Assembly (NCBI GenBank): GCA_052327205.1
Contig: CM126202.1
Location: 385,640,001-385,704,000, forward strand
Direction: 5' to 3'
Length of the DNA: 64,000 nucleotides
DNA from: Somniosus microcephalus
Taxonomy: Eukaryota
In this document: piece by piece, positions 34,613-45,851 of the stretch
Numbering within the stretch: position 1 is the first letter of the stretch
Layout: every line of letters begins with the position of its first letter
Made by a program: the position numbers and the translations under genes
Notes under the pieces: generated by a model
Database searches by the model: none
What the model was told of the DNA's origin: nothing
What the model saw: the letters and a program-made list of their open reading frames with translations, nothing else

Positions 34613-36904
34613 CTTACTTATTTTAAAATAAATTCCATACAAGGTAGACCATCAATCACTCTTTGGTATATATTTTTCTCTTTTTTTAAAATATTATATT
34701 CCCCTTTCCTTTAACTACCTGGCCTGATGCATGCAGCTGATGGGGTGAGCACATAGCTTGCTCCCGGGTCGCTGCCACTACTTCTTGTAGCTAACTGCCA
34801 GGAGGCATCAGAGACCATCCAGACCCCACTGAGCACTCTTGAGTTTCTCCTTCGAAGCTCAGTGCATCATCACTTGACATGACTCCGATCAAAAATAAAG
34901 GAGAATGGGACTTAGCCTATGTCTGTCCCTGCTCCATTGTACTGTGCCAGTGCTCTCATGCTCAGCATAAAATAGCATACAATTATACATCATGCTTCCC
35001 TTGTCAATTGATCTAAACTTCAATACCTGCCTTCTCACCATTTCCCTTTTTCCCCAAAAACAGAGTTGTCTCTAGATCCATTAATTCAATTTGCTGCAAT
35101 GACTTACCCTCCTAATGTGAAGAATTTAGAACAGATGGGCATACAGTTTCCTACGTCTCTGTAAAAACACAATTTTCTTCTTTAAAGACTTTACATGCTG
35201 GTTAATCATTCTCTCCAATTATAGATCCTTTGTTTCACAGTTTCTATCCCCATTTTCAGTCTTTCTATACGAGAATAGACTGTTATTTCTTCAGGTTTTA
35301 TTGTTTTTGCTTGCTATACCCATACCCTGCAGGATTACTGCAAAATTAGACTCAAATCTGTTGCTCGTCAGCAACAACTTGGGGAATATGGGAGGACAGG
35401 TAGCCACCTTGGACAATGATTTTTTTTTTCTGTGTTTCAGGAATATCCTAGGAGTGGTAATTTTAAATAACTGAGTTGGATATCATACCTCAGAACATTG
35501 TCAGTGATTCAGAGCATATGACAAGGTTATGTAGATTTGCCTATTTTTCTTACAGAAAGTGGGAGAGAAAGAGTGCAAGAAAAGTAGTTACCAGCAGTGA
35601 GATACAGAAACAACGAAAGAAGTGTACAAGAGCCATACAGAGAGACAAATAAAAAGACGGAGACAGCAAAAATGGAAAACAAACAGAAAGACAAAGAAGA
35701 GTTAGAAACAGGGAGACAGAGGAAATGAGACACAAAATGTCTTTTTACTTTTATCGATGAGCAATGCTATGGGAGATCAACCTGCATTGGAAAAATGAAT
35801 GTCTACAATCGGTAAAAGAGATAACATAAAGCACTAACACAATAAAGCATTAGCAGTCGATCAGTTATATAACTTCTGTGCTTTCAAATTTGAATTCCCA
35901 ATTTTGCATATTTGAAATCCGATCAGTTTATTTAACAGCAATGTAGAAGATTACCTTGAGATCCATCAGGACCCTGTGATAAAGAAATCGACAACTTAAT
36001 AATTCAGGGATATTATGAGTATCAAATAGGCATGCACCTTGTATGCATGGACCATTTTCTCTTCCCCTCCACCCCCACCATCCCATTGGTCCCTCTCTTT
36101 GGCACTCAGTATCCCAGAGCAGCATGTTACTAAGAATTCAATCCTCCAACACAGCCTTTCAGATCTGCCCTGATCCTTTAGTGGATCAATGAATAGTGCT
36201 AGTGTGATACTGAGTCATACAGATCAACATAGTCCAAGGTTTGATCCCAAATCTGTGCACAGTTTACTAGTTTCAGTGGGTAGAGATGCTCACAATGGTT
36301 GAATAGTCTTTTAATGCATACTGTATTTTGAGGCTCACAACTGATGAATGGCCACTTAGATCATGTTCCAGAGGGTAAATAGTGCTGATGGAACCTTACC
36401 ACAACATGACACAGACCGTCAGAGAAGAGGAGTGGAGAGAAAAAAACCTTTTCAGAATCTTCAGCGACGATTATGACCTACAATCTAAGAATAGCATGTG
36501 TGGGAACAATCAAAACATCTGCCATGCATTCAGAGTCATGCAGGTTTCTGGCAGGAAACTGTATTGGCGAATTAATTTCCCACCTGCCCAGCAGCAGCAC
36601 AAGTCCACAGGTATTTTAACTGCCAGGCCTCATTACCATGCCACCCAGAACAGGTGGAAAGTGGACAAAGCTGGCAGCCTGCAGGAAATCAGGCAACCCA
36701 TGGCTGCCTACCAACATGCAGGTAGATGTGGGAAAAGGGGTTCTGGGAGGGTCTTGCAGGAGGCATGGGGGTAGGGGGAGTCTGGGGCAGGGGAGGCCTA
36801 AACTTTATTTGTGGGGCCCAGTGGAGCACTCCTGCTCCTCCTGGCCCCACAAAGAAAAACAAAAAAATTACCTTTTGAGTCTCTTGTGCCAATCCTCTTT
36901 TTTA

Positions 36905-37322
36905 ACAAAAGTAATTCTTGGATGGTGGGTTTCACTGGCAAGACCGGCATTTATTGCTCATCCTTAGTTGCCTTTGAGAAGGTGCTGAAAAGCCGCCGCC
37001 TTGAATCGCCACAGTGTTTGTACTGAAGGTTATCCCACCATGCTGTTATTCTTTGTGGTGGTTTGATACAACTGAATGGTTTGCTAGGTCACTTCAGAAG
37101 GTGATCAACCACATTTACATGGGACTTGAGTCACATATAGGCCAGACCAGATAAGAGCGGTGGGTTTCCTTCCCTAAAGGACATTAGTGAATCAGCTATG
37201 ACAAAACAACTTTTTCTATTTCCAATTTTTAAAACTGTTTGTCAAACTGGCATGGTGAGATTTGAACTGACCTTTTCGTCCAGACCTCTGAATTAATAGT
37301 CCATTGACATAACCACTACACT
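36905..37322 (-). mobile_element. SINE-like element with tRNA-like head and LINE-like 3' tail, within old MITE remnants
   Basis: Minus-strand head TGTAGTGGTTATGTC..GTTCAAATCTCACCA and tail ..GGCAACTAAGGATGAGCAATAAATGCCGG. Confidence 0.5.
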
Positions 37323-39089
37323 AGCTGACTAGCTTCAGCCTGTAGGGAAAGCCACAGTGCCTTCCCTGCTCAGCCCCAAGTTAAAATTGCAGTGGGAGCA
37401 CAATGAAATTGTTGGACCCCGTCAGCTTCAGGCAAATGCTCAGAAGAGCAGGTTGAAATCAGAATCAGCCATTTCAGCAATTAATGCCACCCAAATGTAC
37501 TGAACTGTATAGAAAACTCTTAATATGTGTATCAGCAACTACCATAAATCTGTAATTTAGCATTCATTCATGTACCATGATCTGGGAAAGTATGTAAATT
37601 CTGTATACCTCATTTAAAAAAACTGTCCAAAACATATAGGTGAGGAATATGCTCACATATTCAAGGAGTGGTATGGAAGCAGAGGAATTGTGAGCATGAA
37701 CTATTCTGGATGCTCTCCCAGGCCAGCAGAGGTCATGTATTAATAGAAATGTAACTGTTTTGGATAAATAAAACACTGATGCTACCGCACACCTATACTA
37801 TTAATATTTCCTTTTGATATTTGTTTCTGGTAAAGTTCCTGTGATCACTATTACTGCATTTTGGATCTTAAGTAAAATATTGATGCTAGGTCAATAGCTG
37901 TAGTAGGGATCCTGAATTAATGTTATATTCAAAAAACTGCATCAGATTGCAACAGCCCTTGTTCAGGCTCATTTTGTGCTTATAGCAGATTGATTATATT
38001 TTGATGTATTTGTAATGCAAGAACTGCAGGGTTATAAGTCACAATGAATTAGTGACATTGCACAAGTGCCTATCATTGAAATAGCAATTATTAAAAGGAG
38101 GCAGTGCTAAGATAAGACAATCTTATTTTGCAACAGTATACACGTGTTATATTACAATTGAAGAAGGTTGAAAACTGCTTGTACATACACAATCATTAGT
38201 TACATTATTGAGTGGTAAGGAATGATGTTCAAATTCAAGCGTAGGGATTTTTCAACCTCATATCTTGGCTGTGGTCTGGGAGATTAAAGAATTTTAGATT
38301 TTTATCCCACATTTGAGTTATATTTCCCCAATTACTCACTTCAACAAGTCTACCTAATTTGTTCTTGGTAGGACGTCTTGGAGATGGACCTACCTGCTTA
38401 TTTTCTCTCGCTGCAGAAGGAAAAGTGCCGAATGATCACTCAACGGGCTGGTCGAAACTGTGAACATGCCCCTCAACCTTCATTGCAGCCGAAAGAGTGA
38501 AATTACGGTCAGCATATGGAGTGGGATCCTATGTGCAATTGCCACTTTTCTGAGCGATATGTTTATGGCTAAACCGTAATTAAAATTTAAAACGAGGGTT
38601 TAAGAGGTCTGATTGGGAACTGGTTAAGTGAAGAATCACATGCGAAAACTTATTCTACCAGTGTGTTGAGCTACCACTTACTTTGTAAAGCAGAAAAAAA
38701 TCGCGTACAAGATTTTATTAGGCTTACCTACCAAATGATCTGGAGACCATGATAGAAAATGACTCGTCATAACCGAACCATTAATGGTGAAAATGCATTA
38801 TCTTAACCTAAAAGAGACATGAATATCTACTGCCCTTATAGACCCGACTGCATCATAGCCTGACCGTCCTGAAAACGTCAATTTAGCAGATACGTTGTCT
38901 AAAAGTTCACGTGGGTTAAATTAAAACCATGATTGTTATGTTTTCTTTTGCGAGTCTATATTGCGCATTCTACAAATTAACGAATCAATTTGTGAACGAT
39001 TGCTGTTGTAAAACGATCGCTTTCTCTTATTGTAGTTGCACAAATTGACTTTGAGTTCCAGTTATTCCCGACTTTTCCCTTAACTTTGA

Positions 39090-39280
39090 GCCCAATCTTT
39101 TTGTTATCAGTGCTGAGCAGCGAGCGTATTACCCGGGCGGCGCTGTTTCTGACGCAACAATCTCTAATCTCTATTAGGCATTGCATATGTCCTTTGTGTA
39201 CCCGCCCAGGGCCACTCAAACCAGATGAAATCCCTCGCCCTTCACACTCTGTTTCACAGCAAAGAGCCTCACTGCCTAGA
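39090..39280 (+). promoter_or_regulatory. Candidate promoter and short non-coding first exon
   Basis: CpG-retaining unique DNA with TGACGCAA, ATTGCATATG next to CCTTTGT, a GC box CCCGCCC, and donor AGA|GTAAGC at 39281. Confidence 0.35.
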
Positions 39281-40715
39281 GTAAGCCACGTTTCTGACAC
39301 TATGAAGCTAAAACTCCAGGCTCGTGCTAGTTGGCGAACTGAAGCGATTGTTTTAAAACCAACAATAACAAGCAGCAGGAACCTTGAAATTGGTTTTGTT
39401 CTTGTATCTGTGTAGTAGGAAGCTTAGACTCACGACGAGTTGTAAGGAAAAATAAGTCAGCTTTTTCGTAAAAGAGGCGGGTAAGGTCGAGTAGACTCCA
39501 ATAGCCATAAGTTTTTCACATGAATGTATCTAGAGCTATTCTGGTAACATACTCAAGTGTTATTTCGAAGTAGGAGCACATTGGCCCCAGATTTTCCTGT
39601 AACGGTGAGATCACCAACATACACTGCAAATTACGCCGTCAACACGCCAATCTCCCTGTTGATAACTTACTTCATATTTTCCCGCATTTCTAATTGGAAT
39701 AGGCCGCAGCGGACATAGCGAATCAGAAGTGGCATAGCCAATGTACTGATAGAGCCACTAACTGCGAGTTCTTTGTACGGTGGTAATTGACGTGCTGAAC
39801 TCAACAACCATGCTACATTACTACCGCCTGGTTCTAACTTAGATTCTGATGTAAACTACATTTCTGCACGTGAAATTTTATGTTGGAGCGGGGCGTGCCC
39901 CGTGAGTTGGATTTTTTCCTCATCCTTAAATTCGAAAAAAATTTGCGTCGCAAACTGCTGAAAGTGTGAGCTGATAACGGGGAATCTGGGACCTTAGTGA
40001 ACGACGGGGCCAACAGTCTAGCTCCTTAACCAATTACATTTAAGGATTAAACATGGCATGCAATAGACAAAATTCTGTTTTAAAATCAAAATAAGTAAAC
40101 CAAAGAAGCTACACATCCAAATCAACATGTAAGTTTTGCTGTCCAGAACAACCTTCTCATTATTAGCATTTCAAAGTCTTGATTTATTAAAGGTTCGGGC
40201 TTCATGGGGTTGTAAATACCATGGGGGGGAAATTCAGTTGGTAGTGCCACCCGTTAGCACCTTAAGAGGGCGCTAAGTGGGGCGCAAACCAACTAGCGCC
40301 CGGGCGCGGCGATATCTACGCCTCTCGCGAAATTGGACATTTTGCGGCGGCGCTAAACAATACCGCCCAATCTCCTGCGCACGCAGATTTTGACGTCATT
40401 TGAGAGTGCAATGCCCTTGGGGCGCCCCGGACTGGAAATTCAGTGGTGCCCCCCCTCCTTTCCGCCTGGCGCGACCAACGACAGGTTGACTGGAACGCTT
40501 CCCAGTCGCTGTGGGGCTGGGGGGGGTGCTATTTAAAGGGGGCCTCTTCCTGGCTTTTGTGTGGTAGCCATTTTTGCACCACTCGTTCTGAGAGAGAGAG
40601 AGATTTGGAGAGAGACAAAGAGAGACTTCTGCATTGAGTCAACGCTGTCTGAGGTAGTTTTGGCTTCTGACCAGAACTTTGCAGGTACTTTGCTTTTTGA
40701 CTGTCATAGCTTTGA

Positions 40716-41867
40716 TTGCCCAGATACTATGGGGCTGCAATGGATGGGAACGTCGTACTTCTCCATCACATTCAGAGGGCACAGAGACGCAGAGAGAGAG
40801 TGGCAATCATGGCCAGACAGGGCAGGGCCAACAGACGTCGGTACAGGAGACCTTACCCTTCCAGGGTTTTTTGTCAACAGTTCTCGTACATTAACATGTC
40901 TGAGGAGCAGTGTTTGCGAAGGCTGCGATTCATCAAGGAGGTGGTCACTGAGCTCTGCCACCTGCTTCAGCCAGATCTGCAGCCTCAACTGAGGAGCAGG
41001 ACGTCTCTGTCGGTGGCAGTGAAGATAACAGTAGCTCTCAACTTTTATGCCACCGGCTCCTTTCAATCCGCTACTGGGGACATCGCCAATATCTCCCAGT
41101 TCGCGGTGCATTGCTGCATCCATCAGGTCACAAATGCCCTCTTTAAAAGGAGATGAGAGTACATCTCTTTCCCCATGACCCCGGACAAGCAGCAAGAATG
41201 CGCAACGGGCTTTGCGATGATAGCGGGCTTCCCCATGGTGCAGGGCGCCATTGACTGCACGCATGTGGCTTTGCGGGCACCACAAGAGAATGCCGAGGAT
41301 TTCCGCAACCGAAAGGGCTTCCATTCCTTAAACGTCCAGTTGGTCTGTGACCACAGACTGCTGATACTCGCTGTCAATGCCCACTTTCCAGGCAGCAGCC
41401 ACGATGCCTTCATCCTACGCCAGACTTCTGTGGCAGACCTTTTCGAGGCACCGCTTCACCCAGGAGGTTGGCTTCTCAGGGACAAGGGATGTCCTGTGTG
41501 CACCTGGCTGATGACCCCGCTCCGTTCGCCCAGCACCCCTGCTGAGCTACGCTACAACGAGAGCCATCAAGCTACCAGGAACATCATTGAGCACACAATC
41601 GGCATGCTCAAGCAATGGTTCCACTGTCTGGACCATTCTGGAGGAGCCCTGCAGTACTCGCCTGAGCGAGTCTCCCACTTCGTTGTTGTGTGCTGCATGC
41701 TGCATAACCTAGCAATCCTCAGGACCCAGCCAATGCCACCAGACATTGGAGCACCAACAGAGGAGGAGGAGGAGGATGAGGAGGATGGTCATCAGCAGCA
41801 CCAAGGCGGGAGGGAGGCACAAAGTGCAAGGGCCATCTGTCAAAGGCTCATAGCAAGTCGGTTCTAG
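40716..41867 (+). pseudogene. Harbinger DDE transposase (HARBI1-like family) with one in-frame stop at 41154-41156
   Basis: ALNFYATGSFQ, GAIDCTHV, NRKGFHSLNVQLVCD, PGSSHDAFIL, RNIIEHTIGMLK, CCMLHN. Confidence 0.92.
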
Positions 41868-42174
41868 GCCCCCTCTGAGGGAATGGCTTCTGCCATTCAA
41901 ACAACCTGAATGAAACCATCCCGCAACCCCTAAGCCGGTCAAGGCAACAATGAGTGCAAAGACCAAACATGCACATTTTGAATACTGACACTTCTTTATT
42001 TCCCAAAAACTGTGTCTCATTTCCGCATGACAAAGTAATAGAAAGAAACACCAAAAAAAAGTCATTCACATAACTGGCTCTCACAACCTGGAGACAATGT
42101 CCAAAACAGTAACAAAAATTTCACCACGACCCTCGGCCTTCAACAAAACAATGAAATACATTTTGCGACACCTC

Positions 42175-43957
42175 CTACTTTTTGCCCTTCGAGGGTGATC
42201 TGCCTCCCTTGCGAAATTGCCCCCTTCCTACCCTGCAGCTCCTCAGTAATGGGACCCCAGTGGCTGCAGCAAGGCTGGGGGAAGGCTGCTGAGTGTCAGA
42301 AACTGAGACTGCAGATGCCCTTGAGGGACGGCCTGGACCAGCTCTGGGCCTGGAGGGCCCGGCTGCTGACTGCTCCAACTCTGCATAGGCGGCAGCAGTC
42401 TGTCCTACAGGTGGTGGCAGCTGCAGTGGAGAAGTGACAGTGTTGGCAGCAGGAATGCTGTCATCTTGAGCGAGGACAGCAACTCCCTGCTCGACCGACA
42501 CACTGGCACTCCGACGGGGCAGCACCTCAGCATGCGGAGCAATCTGCTGGAGCACAGATTGTTGGCCTGCTGTGGCGCGGTGAGAGCCCCAAGGAAATCT
42601 GCCCGATCCAGTGAGGGTGGCAGCAGTCAGTGCTCGCATGACCTCAATCTGTGTCTGCATGAGACCAGTCACTGACTGCATTGCAGCACTTAGCATTTGT
42701 GTGGCAGCCGCCTGTGCTCCAGCGAAGTGCTCCACACTCCTTGCCAGTGATTCAATGGATTCGGGCATCCTTGCCACTGCAGCCATGAGCTCAGTGTGCC
42801 TTTGCTCCGCCTGGGCGCTCATTTCAGCAAGGACCTGCTCCTCATCTGCATTCAGTGCAGCAGGACTCGAGGCCACACTTGCCGTCCGGGGAGAAGGCCC
42901 CCGAGCTTCCCTAACCCCCTCGCGTTGCTGCAGCCCGCTGGGTCCTGGAGCTTCACCCTCATCAGACCATTCCCCCCCACTCCCCTCCAGGGAAGTCGTG
43001 TCCCCAGTATGGGCATGGGCTGCCTCGGCAGAGGGTTGCGCTGATGGTCCGGCTTCCTCTTCCTCCTCGCCTTCACCTTCACTCCCAATGGCAGCATGAG
43101 GGCCCATCTCCTCACCTGGTGAATCACCATCTGAAAGCAGGGAGGTACAAGAGTGGCTTTAGCGTGAGGACAGGGCGGCAGCAAGGGAGACATGAGTGCA
43201 GCGATGTACTGATTTGGATTGAAAGTGTCAAAGGCTGCTGTTGTGAGGAACAAGTGGAAGGAGAGAGGACAAAAAGGTGCTGGCCAGAACGGGGTCGGCG
43301 ACTCCAGTGGCAACGGGACCAAGCATCCGGCTTGCCACAATCCTGTGGATGCGCTGCTCAAGATCGCTGAGGGCTTGAAGGTGAGGCCGCCCTCCACCGG
43401 TCCGTTGCTGCTGTCTCCTATTATGAGCCAGCTTGACTGCAAGAAAAAGGACAGCGTCTGAGCAAATATGCAGCCATGATCTTGCCTGAAATGCCTCCCA
43501 TGGTTGAATAGCCCTTACTCTATGCAGCCATGATCTTGCCTGAAATGCCTCCCATGGTTGAATAGCCCTTACTGTATGCAAAGAGTGGAATGTGCATGTG
43601 TGTTTCATGAAAGGGCCATAGGTGTTGGATGAGTGCTGGGCATTGGGGCTTTCAAGACCCCCTGGCCATAAAGTGAGGTGGAGATGGAGGGATGAGGAGG
43701 TTTTGAAAAAAGACACTCACCCTGACGACCCGAGTGAAGTCGCTGAACTTTTTCCTGCATTGCACAGGGGTCCTAGGCACCATGCTGCTTGAGGTCACTC
43801 TGTGAGCCACCTCCCTCCACGCTTTTCTGTATTCACTTGGCAAAGGCCTCCTGCCACTCTCTGGGTACAGTAGAGATCTTCTGCGCTCCACCGCACCAAC
43901 CAAAGCCTCCAAGGCACGCTCGCTGAAGCGCTGTGCTCGCTCCCTGGCCCTCTCCAT
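42175..43957 (-). pseudogene. Harbinger Myb/SANT-like DNA-binding protein; 3 exons (about 43957-43721, 43436-43281, 43130-42175)
   Basis: RFSERALEALV..KAWREVA..RTPVQCRKKFSD trihelix, AGG|GTGAGT donor, two CAG acceptors and RTGGG motif. The exon 1/2 phase mismatch suggests a 1-bp loss. Confidence 0.8.
43467..43574. repeat. 54-bp tandem duplication in the Myb gene intron
   Basis: TATGCAGCCATGATCTTGCCTGAAATGCCTCCCATGGTTGAATAGCCCTTACT x2. Confidence 0.9.
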
Positions 43958-44424
43958 AGCCCCTGGCTGGAAGATTTCGCCACAGGTCTGTCCAGGCCGA
44001 GATTCAAGGCTCCAGTGAGCAGGGCATAGCTGAAGAGCAAGATCGACCCTCCCCTTTAAGAACTGACTGGCGCCAGTGTGTCTGTGTTCAGTCGCTAACT
44101 GACAGCACCTCCGCTGCACCCGCCCTCTGAGGTAGCACCTCGCTCCTTGGGCTTAGCGCCTTAAGAGAGTTGTGTAGCGCCTGATTTAGCGTTCCGATCA
44201 CCTCCAGGGGCGAGAAAGGCGAATTTTGCAGCCGGCGGCGATAATTTGTGCCGGGCGCTAAACTTTGCGCCCAGCCGATATTCGCGCCTCAAAATGGGCG
44301 ATACCAAATTTCACCCCCCATGTCCTGATTAACAAACACATTAAATACATGATTTAAATCCGAAATAACAACAGAAAACGCTGGAAAAACTCAGCAGGTC
44401 AGGCAGCATCCGTGGAGAGAAAAT

Positions 44425-44459
44425 AGAGTCAACGTTTCAGGTCAAAGACCTTTCATCAG
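44425..44459 (-). ncRNA. Minimal hammerhead ribozyme core (Penelope-type)
   Basis: CTGATGA-A-AGGTC-TTT-GACCT-GAAACGTT on the minus strand. Confidence 0.6.
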
Positions 44460-44656
44460 CGCAATTCACATTTCATCTAGAGCCATCCTTTTTTTCCTTA
44501 ACTTGTCCCATTACCACCTCCTCTTGCCTTGAATATCTCTTAATGTCTCTTAATCTCTCCTGCTTTCTATCCTATCACTAACCTTCCCTTTTGTTCTTTC
44601 ATCCCCTCCCCCTTTTTCCAGCCCCTAAACTTGCTTTCCATTTCCTGCCTTTTTTC

Positions 44657-44697
44657 CAGTTCTGACAAAAGGTCTTCGACCTGAAACGTTAACTCTG
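44657..44697 (+). ncRNA. Minimal hammerhead ribozyme with core mutation
   Basis: AGTT-CTGACAA-A-AGGTC-TTC-GACCT-GAAACGTT-AACT. Stems I and II are present; CUGANGA is changed to CUGACAA. Confidence 0.55.
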
Positions 44698-44829
44698 TTT
44701 CTCTCTCCTTGGATGCTGCCTGGCCTGCTGAGTTTTTCCAGCATTTTCTGTTATTATTTCGGATTTCCAGCATCCGCAGTATTTTGCTATTGATTTAAAT
44801 GCAATCTGTGAATGCATTATAAAGTCAAT

Positions 44830-45851
44830 GGCCCAGAAGTTGCTGGAAAAATAACAAATTAACGGCACATGCCATTATTAGTTCTCAAAAAATCCAGCAA
44901 TTTGTGGCGAAGAAGAGATCACCACGAGTTCCGATTCTCCACAAATTGTTGGGCGATTTGTGCAACTCCGCCATTAGCCTCATCAAAACAGAAAAGATAG
45001 CAACCTCGCCGTGAGCCTCTCCATTGAAATTAATTGCATGTCATGAAATTGCTCAATTTGCGCCAAAAATACGAATGAATCTTGCCGCTGCCATTTAGAG
45101 CTGCTAATTCATTTTGTAATGACCCTGTTAATGACGTGATTTATGGTCTTGACATGAAACTCAACCTTGGTGGGCCAGAAAGGGAACAAATGAAGCTGTG
45201 GAGTTTCACTCCAGCAGGTAGTGAATTGTTCCTAAAGGTTTTTTAAACTTTTTAAAAATCTATCTTGGCAGTATTGTTGTGCCAGTCTTGCCATCCACAC
45301 TCCTGTTAGTGTCAGAAGGCAATAATTTTCAGGATCCAAAGCATTTTGACACTCAGAAAGGCAAATTAGGTAGAGAATCATTTTGGGATATGAGTAAGAA
45401 TGTTTGTACATTTCGCACACCTACCCTGCCATTCACTCATTATTAACTTCTCAAGGACCAATACAACAATTCCCAAACACAACTTGGTTACAAAGTCCTC
45501 TTCTTCTGATTGTTCTTTTTACTTTTCCTTTGTCATTTTTTCTCTCTCTGTTTATCCACTCTATTTCTTTCCCTATATTTCTCTTTCTGTATCTAATTTG
45601 ACTCTAATTGACCCTATTTCCTTTTTGTCATTCACTCTGTTTCTTTATCCTTAAATTTCTGTTTAAGGAGATGGACTATTGGGCACAACATTCATGAGGT
45701 CACAGATGCAATGTTGATATCGCTGTGCCATTATCAGTTCGCATTTCCAGCAAATTGCGGCACAAATATAGTGTGATCTTAAAGGGTGAGAGAAAAAAGT
45801 TCAATTCACGTTGCTCGCCATGAACTGTGCCATTCCAGCCATTTCTGTGCC
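44830..45851. mobile_element. Harbinger-type MITE
   Basis: AAT|GGCCCAGAAGT ... ATTTCTGTGCC|ATT. Confidence 0.6.

Larger units (their letters stand above)
40223..44318 (+). mobile_element. Autonomous-type PIF/Harbinger DNA transposon (4096 bp)
   Basis: TIRs GGGGGGGAAATT / AATTTCACCCCC, 3-bp TSD CAT, and convergent transposase and Myb/SANT genes. Confidence 0.93.
44360..44790 (+). mobile_element. Penelope-like element remnant with inverted terminal segment
   Basis: About 105-bp inverted arms (44356-44459 and 44662-44766), flanking direct repeat TGATTTAAAT (44350-44359 and 44791-44800), and hammerhead cores. Confidence 0.75.

Noticed and set aside
39420-39495. Superficial resemblance to U12 snRNA (GTAAGGAAAA, GCGGGTAAGGTCG)
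   Set aside because: Spacing, the 5' end and the Sm site do not fit.
40716-41867. Domesticated host gene HARBI1
   Set aside because: It lies between TIRs with a TSD, is paired with a Myb gene and has a premature stop, so it is a transposon copy.
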